This document shows, piece after piece, positions 52,191-63,100 of a stretch of DNA of 64,000 nucleotides. The notes beneath the pieces are model-generated. The model worked only from the letters and a program-made list of their open reading frames with translations, had not been told where the DNA came from and searched no databases. How positions within the stretch are numbered: position 1 is the first letter of the stretch; each line of letters begins with the position of its first letter. Made by a program: the position numbers and the translations under genes. Source of the DNA: Azolla caroliniana (lineage: Eukaryota > Plantae > Polypodiophyta). The DNA lies in NCBI GenBank assembly GCA_043228905.1, contig JBHGNT010000002.1, positions 8,804,001 to 8,868,000 on the forward strand. Reading direction: 5' to 3'.

Positions 52191-54200
52191 ACAGAAATCC
52201 GATTCATTCCATCTAGATTTGACGCAACATGTCGAATTTTACTCTATACATCTAGAATTGGATATAATGCATCAGATTCCTGTAAATCTTGGAATTTTTT
52301 TAAAAATTTCCATTAAAAAAATACTCTTGCATTTTAATGCATTGCATTGAATTCTAGCTACATAGACTAAAATATGATACATTGCATGGATTTCCCGAAA
52401 ATACATAAATAAATACAAATTGAAAAAATAAAAAAATTTCCCATAAATAAATAAATAAATATTTTTTTATTTTACTCGTAAAAAAATAAATAAAAATTGA
52501 AAAATTAGATTTCAATGGAAATCCAATTCCGTGCATCGGATTCAATTGAAAATCCAATTTCTCTTCTTTTTTTGAAAATTTTCTTATTTTTTGAATTGTT
52601 TTTGAATTTGTTTTTATTTTTCCCATAAAAAAATAAATAAAAATTGAAAAAATGGATTTTCAACAGAAATCCGATGCACTGCATCGGATTTTGGTTGAAA
52701 GTCCACTTTTACGTATTTTTTTCCAAATTTTCTTTTCTTTTTTGAATTGTTTTGAATTTTTTCTATAAAAAATAAATAAATATTGAAAAAATAGATTTTC
52801 AATGGAAATCCGATGCAGTGCATCGGATTTCTGTAGAAAATCCACTTTTTCTTATTTTTTTCCAAATTTTCATAGTTTTTAGAATTTTTTTGGTATTTTG
52901 TTTGTCTATTTTCTCATAAATAACTATATAGAAATTGAAAAAATGAATTTTCAAAGGAAATCCGATGCATTGCATCAGATTTCTATTGAAAGTCCACTTT
53001 TTGCTATTTATTACCAAATTTTCATATTTTAAAATATTTTTTTGTATTTTTAAAATTTTTTTTCATTTTTTAAATTTTTTAAATTTTTTCCAATAAATAA
53101 ATCAATAAAAATTGCAAAAAATGGGTTTTCAACAGTGCATCGGATTTCTATTGAAAATCCATTTTGTCTTATTTGTTTCCAATTTCTCAGATATTTTGAA
53201 TTTGTTTTTGTATTTGTTTTGAATTGTTTTTGTTTTTATCATAAATAAATATATAGGAATTGAAAAAAATGGATTTTCAACGGAAATCCGATGCACTGCA
53301 TCGGATTTCCATTGAAAGTCCACTTTTTCTTGTTTGTTTACAAATTTTCTTATTTGTTTATATTTTTCTCTAAAAAAGTGTTAAAAATAAACAAATTGTG
53401 ATTTTCTCCATTTAAAATGATGTGTTTTCAATGGGAATCCGATGCAGTGCATCGGATTCCCGTTGAAAATAGATCATTTTCAATAGTATTTTCAATGGAA
53501 ATCCGATGCACTGCATCGGATTTCCGTTCAAAATCACTGAGTTTCAACAGAAATCCGATGCAGTGCAACGGATTTCCGTTGAAAGTCCAATATTTTTCTT
53601 ATGTTTTTTCATAAAACATTAATTTGAAATTGAAATCCGACTCAATGGTTTAGATTTTGTTGAAAATGTAATATTTTTTTATTATCTCATTGTTTTATGA
53701 AAAACCTAAAAGAAATTTGGATTTTTAATTGAAATTCGATGTAGTGCATTAGATTTCAGTTGGAAATCCACTTTTTTAATATATTTTTATTTATTTTTTG
53801 AAAAAATGAAAAAAAATTGAAAAGAAAGAGGATTGCTAGCTAAAATCTGATGCAATGCATCAATGTCTAGCTGTATAGACTATGATCTGATGTAGTGTAT
53901 CAGATTTCAGTTGAAAAGCCGTTTATTATTATTTTATATGGAAAATAAATAAATAAATAACATTGGAAAAAGAAAAAAGAAAAAAGGATTTTCGACTCTA
54001 ATCCTACGCATTGCATTAGATTCTAGCTATATATACTAAAATATAATGTAGTGCATAGTATTTTAGCTGAAAATCCATTTTTTATTTTTTAATGGAAAAA
54101 ATTTTAAAAATTACAAAACAAAAAAACCTGGATTTTCAACGGAAATCTAGTGCATCGCATTGGATTCCAATTAAAAATCCAAGATTTTTTATTTTTTTCA
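52190..54200. repeat. Array of ~45-bp palindromic units in AT-rich spacers
   Basis: Core TTTTCAAYGGAAATCCGATGCA(C/G)TGCATCGGATTTCCRTTGAAAA; well-conserved copies near 52510, 52655, 52795, 52950, 53272, 53425, 53488, 53541, 53720 and 54130, plus more degenerate ones. Confidence 0.92.
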
Positions 54201-54224
54201 AATTTTATTGTTTCAAATTTTCAA

Positions 54225-54696
54225 TGGGTTTTAGATTAGTTTTCTGACACAGGTATATAATATAAAACTTACATCAATTTAGATTAACGTTATATTCTAT
54301 TCTTCAGTTTGATGTTACCTGTGCAATTTCATTCTACTGTCATGTACTACTAAAACATATGCCTTAAAGATTATCAGGAACTCTGTTGCATTAGAGAAGG
54401 ACCTTGAGCAAGTTAATGTCATCAAAATGAGGATCCAAGGTATCTGGGGTTGTCCTGATCAAGACCAAGAAGTTGGGGCAAAGCATATCAATAAAACTTA
54501 GATGTTCCAGATGACTTTTAGAAAACTTGTGGAACTATAGATGAAGACGCAAGGCAACTTGTTGAATTAGAAGACGTTTCAGAGTCTGAACATACTAACA
54601 ATTCAACTTAGCGTACTAACGAAGCCAATGAGGACAATCCTGATGAAAGAGCTAATCCTGAGTAGACGGCTTTACCAGACTTATTATTCGATTGAA
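54225..54696 (+). pseudogene. Second copy (3' part) of the amino-DNA-methyltransferase, inside the TIR element
   Basis: WVLD*FSDTG|gtatat (54225-54252), intron 54253-54343 (acceptor decayed to cat), then TTKTYALKIIRNSVALEKDLEQVNVIKMRIQGIWGCPDQDQEVGAKHI. By manual count this is 29/48 identical to exon 3 of the 10282-11361 copy, with the same intron position and phase. Confidence 0.85.
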
Positions 54697-57576
54697 TGGT
54701 TATGGCTTATTGTAAATTTTGAACAATATGAATTGTTAAATTTTGACGTAATATATAAGTTGAGCTTACTTATAATTTTCGTGTAACAATCATTGAACTT
54801 AGAAATTAAGTATACTTGTATGTGTACATGTTATCTAAACTCTCCTTTATCATTTTGGGTATATCGGAGATAAGTTTATACTCTATCATTTACTCGTATG
54901 ATTGGAATGTTATTGTAGACTAGTTTATTTATACATTGACAGTGTCATGTATCACGTGTCAATGGAAATTTTCTCTTGACATAGTAGTATCTCTTAATTG
55001 CAAGGTTCACAATTTGCTTTAAGATGTATTATATTTAAATATACACACATAATTAGAAGAAGTCACTTATTCAATGGGGCATGCTTTTTAGAATATGCAC
55101 AAGGACCTGTGTTACTATTATACTTGTGTTGACAAATACACCCTTGTCTAAGATTTGGACAAAAACATGGTAGATAGAATATATGTCGGATGATTTTGTT
55201 GACGTGATATTAGTTAGTTCTTTTTTTCGCTATGTTTTCATAAACCACATACACATGCGTCGTGCCTTGTTGAAATTCTGCTTAAATAAGGCATTTTTTA
55301 ACATCTCACTAAGATATGAAAAAGAGAATGCGACATATTACCTATTTCAAATGACCCGGTGTTGGTTAGTTAACAAGTCTCTCGGATGGAGAGAGATAGA
55401 GGAGCCGAGTTGATGAGTGACTCGGTCGAGGCCGAAACTGGAATCGTGTATATAGCCAACTCGGGAGACTATATGTGTAAATAGTCTAAGTGCGCGCCCC
55501 ATGAGGGCTATGTATGTAAATAGCTAGAAAGTTGTGTAGGTATATATATAACTAGGGCAAACTTTATGTATGTAGAGAATAGTGTAAGAAAAGAGAGATA
55601 TAGAGTGTGAGTGAGAGACAGAGAGTGTGAGTGTGAGCCACGCCATAGCTGTGTGAGTAACAACAGACGCGAAGAGCCCTGTGCGGTTGATACACTCGAC
55701 AGAGTGTTGTATTCCTCTCGGTGTTGTATATCCACTAGTTATAATGAAGATCTATTCACCCGTGGTTTTCCCCGTTTTAGGGTTTCCACGTAAATCTCTG
55801 TGCACTCTTGTTTGTCTTGTTTTTCTGGCATTTTCTGTGATTTGTATTTCAACATTGTCTGTTCATTGTGAATTAAATTTCCGCATCGATTTCTCAACAA
55901 GATCAGGGCGTTTTTTTGGCAAATCACCCATCGGTCTATTCCAACCGGAGAGTGGCTGGGGAAAAGGGGTGGCATGAGTAACTGCAAGGCCTGTGGAGCG
56001 AGTTTGGAGGACATTGCACATTGTTTATGGTGCTGCCCGCGAGCCCAAGAAGTCTGGACGAGGAGCTTAACAATTCTAGCTCGATGCGGGGTTGAAGTTC
56101 AGGTATCAAGTGCAGTCGTTGTTTGGTTAGCTACTGAATTGGCTGCATGGTTTCGTGGGTGGAATGGAAATAGCCCTTCTTTAAAGGTGGTGAATGGTAT
56201 AGTTCAGCTTGCAGCTCAAGGTGGGTATCAAGGTGTAAGGAGTCGTTTACCAGGAAGCGAACCCCATCGGCTGAGAGTTTAATGATGATTTGATTTAATC
56301 TTATTTCTATGCTACAAGGTAAGTTTGACAGCCTTTAGGGGCCCTCTGATGCAAGTGAAGAAGCTAGGTACCGCTTCCTTCTAAAATGGAGAGGTTCTCC
56401 GATGTTACAGATGGTGGATGACAATGCAAAGTGGATATATCAACCACCCTGATGGTTGTTCCCTCCTAGGGTACTAAACATAGAGGTAGATGTTGAATTG
56501 TGAAGTGATTGGAAAGTGTCTTTGCTGAATGTGGGTTGTGTGAGGCTCATGTTGATGGGAGTCTGTCGAGTAATTATGTGACGAGGCTTTGTTGATTCAT
56601 TTATACATGATGTTTTCTTGTAGCCATTGCAAAGTGGCTTGTAACATATGATTGGTATATTATTCTATGTACTTTTTCTTAACTAACGGAAGTAGATTTT
56701 TTTTGAAAAAAAGAAAAAGAAAAAAGTTTAGAGCAAGAATTGAAAATGTAGGTGCTTATTTCTTACAATTAAATGCGTACGCATTAGGATCGAAAATTAA
56801 CCAATCTAAAACTGATCTTCAAAGGTATCATTTATGTAATCAGCAAAATATTGTGCAAAAATCACTATGTGATGTATTTCATTGTATTAGTTGAATTGTG
56901 AATTAAGACAGAAGGTATATAGGAAACAAAGAGAAGAATTAATAGTAAATCACGCACTAAAAATATCCAAAAATAACCTCAATGTCAAACATTACAAAAA
57001 TGTCAAGCTATCTATAAAATTTAAACTTTGCTATTTTTTAAAAGAATCTAAACATGTAATGCTAATAAATTTAGCCATGTAAAATAAGAGCTACATATTA
57101 TATGGGCAAAGCCATCAATGCCACTGGAGATCATTGGAGGAGAGTTACGGGTAACATTCATGGTATATGAAGATCTATTATAGCAAATTTTATGCATGAT
57201 AGTTGTTGACACTACAATAGTTACTCATGACATGCAATCACATTCTCAATGAATTTGGCAACAAGTAATAAATAGTGTTGGCATGCTCAAACCGGTACTT
57301 CGTTAAGCTTGCATGGTACCCCCCCCCCCCCCCCCCCCCCCAAATTAGAATGTGACTACCTTAACTAAGGGTTAATTGATCAAAAGTGAATCAAGTGACA
57401 ACAGTTGACATACTAAGATCAAACACTAAGAGAACATGGCTTAAAGCCCCCTACCTCTCTATGAGACAAGGATGACAGATTACCTTGCCCACTTTCTCCA
57501 CCTCTTTCCGAATGTTTATCATTTCCTTGCTTCATTTAGTTACCAAGGAAAATCATGTTTATAATAATGAAGAAAT

Positions 57577-60141
57577 TGTTAGGAAACAGGTTCCTCCTGA
57601 TGGGAAGTGAGAAGAGCTGTGTTGATGAGCAACTCGGGCGAGGCCGATAGGCCGAGGCCGAAACCGGAAATCGTGGAGATAGCCAACACGGAAGGCTAAG
57701 TTTGTAAATAGTCGAAATGTTACATTAGTATATAAGCACTTAGGGCAATCATGTTAGATGTGCGCGTTATTAAAAGGTTACTGTTGACGAGGTTGTTGTC
57801 TCCGTAACTGTGAGGGTGAACTAGTGTGAGTGGGAGCGTGTGAGCTCCATAGCTACCTGTTGGCGAAGCAGGATCTCGAGGTCGTTGCATCTGAGATCTC
57901 TGATTGTATTTCTTTCTCCCATAGTGTTCTGTTTTGGAGTTTGTGGACTCCCCGTGGAAGATTAAGATAGAAGACCTTCTCATTGTAAAAGACCTATACG
58001 AGCCAATTGACAGATCGGATATACCAAAGGGGGTATTGGAGTCGGATTGGAAGCTTCGGAATAGGAAAGTCGTGGCCACTATCCGACAGTGTGTCGACAT
58101 AAGTGTCCTCCAGCACGTGGCGAACGACACGAATGCTCACGAGATGTGGCAGAAGCTGTCGGGTCTTTATGAGAGGAAGAATGCGTTCAACAGAAGCTCA
58201 TTGATGAGGAAAATAGTAAACCTGAAATACAGAGACAATGAGAGCATGGTTGAATACGTAAGCACATTCATGGGGTATGTAAATCAATTCCTTGGATGAT
58301 GCAATGCAGGCAATCATGTTGATGTGTACATTGCCGTAAAGTTGGGAGAACTTGGTGGTTACTTTGAGCACCTTCTGCCAAGAAGAGAACTTGTCTTTGC
58401 AAATAGTGAAGACAAGCATCCTGAACGAGGAGGCGCGTCGGAAGGACAAGGAACCGATCCCCGACTCAAAAGCACTCCTTTCCGAATTGGAACGTGGAAG
58501 ACAAAGGAACCGGAGTCCCCCGAACTGGGCAAAATCGGGGACACGGTCAAAGTCAAGAGGGAGGCCTACTTGCTTCTACTGCGGGAAGCCGGGGCACTTC
58601 CAGAAGAATTGTCGGCATTTTTGGAAAGACAAGGAAATCGACAACACCGATTCGAAGAAGTCATCGAACTGAAACAGTTCGGATCAGCGAGGACAGGACC
58701 GGAAAGTAACGACGGCAATCGCGGCAAACGAAGAGGAGCTAATGCTTATCACCGAGGATATTGAGCTGAACCTTGCCGGCGACGAGATGACCTGGGTGGT
58801 CGATTCCTGAGCGTCGTTCCACCTGACCCCGGATAGAAAATGCTTCTCATCCTACTCGGCCGGTGACCACGGCCGTGTTCTGATGGGGAATGAAGGTACA
58901 TGCCGAATTGTCGGCATAGGAGATGTGAGGTTGACGATATCAACCGGATGAAAGATGCTGTTGAAGGATGTTCGACATGTTCCAGAGGTTCGATTGAACC
59001 TAATATCAGCCAATCAGTTAGATGATGAAGGCTACACAGGTAGCATCCAGAACGGTGTTATGAAGTTCAGCAAAGGGAGCCTGATTGTGGCTCGGGCCCG
59101 GAAAGTCAACACTCTGTACTTGATGAATGCCCAGTTATGTCCAGAGGAAGTGAACGTGGCATCCGACACTGCCGGTGAGCTGTGGCACAAGAGGCTATGT
59201 CACATGAGCGAGAAAGGGATGAAGAGGCTTGCAGATGACAACCTCATTCCAGTGAAGAACGTGCACTTGGAGAAGTGCATTGATTGTCTGGCCGGTAAAC
59301 AAAACCGAACCTCCTTCCGATCGAGGCCACCGATGAGACTTAATGCACCACTGGAGTTGGTGCATACCGATGTGTGTCAAGTGGACACGAAGTCACATGT
59401 TGGATCGCAATACTTCGTGACGTTCATAGATGACCACAGCCGGAAGCTGTGGGCCACACCGTTGAAGACGAAGGATAAGGTGCTATCCGTCTTCAAAGAG
59501 CTCCACGCGAGAGTGGAAAGAGAAACCAGACGGAAGCTGAAGGCGGTTCGAGCAGATAACGGAGGACAATACCGGGGGCAGTTCGAGGAGTACTGTCGCT
59601 TGAAGGGAATCCGGCTCGAATTTACTGTGCCAAAGACACCGGAACTAAACGGGTTGGCCGAAAGGATGAACCAGACCATAATGGAGAGGGTCCGGAGTAT
59701 GCTGCCGCATGCAAAATTACCCAAGACGTTTTGGGCTAAGGCACTGTCGACGACGACATATGTGATAAACAGATCACCCTCAGTACCCTTGGACGGAGAC
59801 ACGCCGCAGAGAGTCTGGGCCGGTAAGGAAGTGTCCTACCGGCATCTGAAGGTATTCGAGTGTCTTGCGTACGTGCATGTAGCTAAGGACCGGAGAGGAA
59901 AGTTAGATCCGAAGACCCGGCTATGCATATTCCTCGGTTACGGTGACAATGAGTTCGGCTACCGTGTGTGGGACCTGGTCGACCAGAAAGTATTCCGGAG
60001 TCGAGATATTATCTTCATGGAGGACAAGACGTTGACCGACTGGGAGTCGGAGAAGAAGATAATGAACTTTGAGTCGACCGGTAAGGAAAAACTTTGATTT
60101 GATGAAATGCAGTTCCAACCGGCAAGAAGCCGGTTAGCACT
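57577..60141 (+). mobile_element. Ty1/Copia element F (related to G), 5' part; U5/PBS/gag start deleted; interrupted by E
   Basis: LTR start TGTTAGGAAAC with similarity to the G LTR, fused at ~57955 to gag WKIKIEDLLIVK; CFYCGKPGHFQKNC; WVVDS; 380-aa integrase ORF 58955-60097. Confidence 0.9.
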
Positions 60142-63100
60142 TGTGATGATATGGCTAGCACTTGTGATGATATGGCAAGACTCGAACCCATGACCTTAGG
60201 TTATATGGGTCCAGCTCTTGACCATTAGATCATCTATTGTAATACATAGGATATTATTTTCATTTACAATTTATTATAGGAAATTAGTGTATATTCCAGA
60301 TTTCTCTAGAACATTCTAGAAGCTTCAGGATTACTCTTGAAAGCACTATAAAAGAGGGCACTAGGCATTATGTTGAACCAAATTGGTTCAACGCCAGTCT
60401 TAAGCCTTTTAGCCACCATTGTATATTCTCTTCATATAATACATATCTTTCTTATCATCACACTCTCTCTCTCTTTCTCTTTGTCTCGCTCACTTCTTCC
60501 TTCTCTCGAAGAAGTTCCACACCTCTCATAGTACTAATCCTTCGTTTAGTACTAATTCCTTCTCTGTCTCAATACTGTTCATGACAGTTTGAACCAAATT
60601 TCCCTACCTTCTGTCTCTCTCATTTCCTACTAATCTTTTATTCCTCTTTCCTTTCATCCCATGGCCACTGTTAGCGCTGAAGAATATCAATCTGTTTTCT
60701 CGGAATTTCAATGCTTGAAGGAGAAGTTCCATGATTTGGAACAAGAAAAGCAACGGTTGTTGGGGGATCTTCAGCAAATCTCCTTAGAAAAGTAGCAAAC
60801 GCAACAACAACATGGGGAACTTGCGTTACGCGTGCAACAACTCAAAGCAACAATCGTAGCGATGCAACAACAAGGGCCCGAAACACAAGGGATTCATAAA
60901 GAACCCAAGATTGGCCTTCCCACGAAGTTCGATGGAACGCGATCGTAGTTTAGAGGGTTCTTTAACCAGGTACGATTAGTTATTCAAATGCATCCTTCCC
61001 GATATCCCACCGATGCATCACGAGTGGGTTTAGTAGGCACTTTGTTAAGTGGCTCAGCGTTGTCATGGTTCGCTCCACTATTAGAAAAGGAATATCCGTT
61101 ACTCAACAATTTTGAAGAGTTTCTAGGTGAGTTTAAAGCATGTTTCGTAGATACTGACAGCATCAGGACCGCAATCAACAAAATCCGGCGATTACGCTAA
61201 GGTGACCGTCCAGCCTCCGCATACGCTGCAGATTTTTGCCTACTCGCCGCCGATATCCCTTGGGATGATCAAGCGTTGATGGAGCAATTTTGTTATGGTT
61301 TACGCAATGACGTCAAGGATTTACTATTGACCTTCCCCAAAGAGCCAAAGTCCTTAACAGAAGCAATCAGTCGCGCGGTTAGATGTGACAACCGCCTCTT
61401 TGAGCAACGTTCGGAACGACAGCTACAGATGCCGAGGGCAAGATCAGAGCCCACCTATGCCTTAGTGGTAGCAAGACCTTTTCCGAGGGAGTCATATAAT
61501 GCGCCTCCAGCGAATACTCCGACTCCAATGGAGATTGACACTACACGTCGTCGAGGGCCATTATCCGAAGAAGAAAAGCAGCGACGCCGTACAAATCGAC
61601 TATGTCTTTACTGCGGTGGACCAGGACATATCGCAATAAATTGCCCCCATAGGCCAAGAAGACAGGTAAACCAAATAGTCGCTAGTTCTAATTGTACTAA
61701 ATCCGAGCCTATTTCAGTAGGGATATCTGATAGTCCTAATAGTACTAATATCCCAGATCTAGCAAACAAATTTGATGTCCTTAGTCAGTTAGAAGAAGAG
61801 TTAAACGACTAAGTCCAGCCAAAATAGGAACCGTTTGGTTGGACAGCCCTAGATCTATGTAGCCCATTAGTGGTTCCATTCCCTCTAAGCAAGTTAGTGA
61901 TGTGTTCGTAGCCCAAGTAATAGTTAGTACTAAAATTACCCCTCCAGTACATGTCCTAGCACTCCTAGATTCCAGAGCTAACTCTTGCTTTATGGATAAG
62001 AAATTTGCTCAAGCTCATAAGATATCCCTAAGAAAACTCCAGTGTCCAGCCTTTGTAGTAGTCATTCATGGACGTCCCATTGCTTCCGGAAATATCATAG
62101 AAGAGTCAGAGCCCCTTAATATTGTCCTAGATAACTTAGCATGTGTGGTATCATTTAATATTATTAGTATCCCAGAACATCCTATAGTTTTAGGATAACT
62201 GTGGTTCAAGTTACATAACCCAGACATAAATTGGAGAACAAGAGAAATCCGGTGTCGACAAACCCAAGGGTCAACTCAGAAGATGGCAACCATTTCGATA
62301 CGTCAGTTGCGTAAAGAAGGGCGCAAGGAGGAAATGTTCCTCTTTGCAATATCAGTAAACCCCTCCAGCACCACTAAAGAAGAATCCACCGTTCAACTTC
62401 CCGAGAAGTATCGTCATTACGCCGATGTGTTCGATAAAGTACAAGCCAACACACTTCCTCATCATCGACCGTACGATTGCCTCATCGATTTACAACCAGA
62501 AAAAGAGCCGCCATGGGGACCGATCTACAATTTGTCACCAACCGAGTTGGAAGTCCTTCGGGCCTATATAGAGGAGAATTTGGAAAATGGTTTCATTCGG
62601 CATTCGAAATCTCCAACCAGCGCGCCCATTTTCTTCGTCAAAAAAAAAGATGGATCGCTTTGTCTCGTTGTAGATTACCGTGGCTTGAATAAGGTTACAA
62701 TCAGGAATAGGTATGCTCTTCCCCTTATCTCAAGTCTTTTAGAACGGATCAATGGTGCCAGGTTCTTCACGAAGATCAACTTACGGGGGGAGCATATAAC
62801 CTCGTACGGATCCGACCAGGAGACAAATGGAAGACCGCGTTTCGCACCACATATGGACACTTCGAGTATACGGTCATGCCGTTCGGCCTCACTAATGCGC
62901 CGACAGTCTTCCAACACATGGCTAATGATATATTCCGAGATCTATTGGATGATTGTTTGATCATCTATTTGGATGATCTACTGGTTTATTCAAAGACACA
63001 AGAAGAACATGATTCTCATGTCCTATTAGTACTAAAACGACTTCGAGAACATGGTCTGTATGCAAAGCTCGAAAAATGTAGTTTCGGGTGCAACCAAGTG

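Larger units (their letters stand above)
51424..55363. mobile_element. Non-autonomous TIR DNA transposon (superfamily unassigned) inserted in the 3' LTR of G
   Basis: 37-bp TIRs AACACCGGG(A/T)CATTTGAAA(C/T)AGGTAATATGTCGCATT, 35/37 match (51424-51460 / 55327-55363); 4-bp TSD GGTT (51420-51423 / 55364-55367). The host LTR rejoins across it when compared with the 5' LTR. Confidence 0.9.
46452..55899 (+). mobile_element. Ty1/Copia element G, full-length degenerate
   Basis: 5' LTR 46452-47140; 3' LTR 51248-55899 (split by the TIR element); TSD GGATC/AGATC; degenerate Met PBS; PPT GCAGGGGGAG. gag NYADWKIKMEDLL, PR WVIDSG, WHKRLGHMS, INT, RT MDVKTTFLHG / LYVD, RH STTEAEY / TKHIQRRYHW. Confidence 0.95.
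45670..56724 (+). mobile_element. L1-type LINE, 3' part (ORF2 C-terminus, 3' UTR, A-rich tail), interrupted by Copia G
   Basis: QPLLWN-containing post-RT region at 45681-46451. Resumes at 55900 with a zf-RVT-like CKACGASLEDIAHCLWCCPRAQEVW. A-rich tail at ~56707-56724. Confidence 0.75.

Noticed and set aside
52190-54200. Palindromic repeats with spacers resembling a CRISPR array
   Set aside because: Eukaryotic context, degenerate repeats, long low-complexity spacers of variable length that resemble each other, and no cas genes.
51426-55361. CACTA/EnSpm assignment from the internal CACC...GGTG
   Set aside because: With those ends no TSD is recovered (flanks TAA/TTG). Ends at 51424/55363 give a perfect GGTT duplication.
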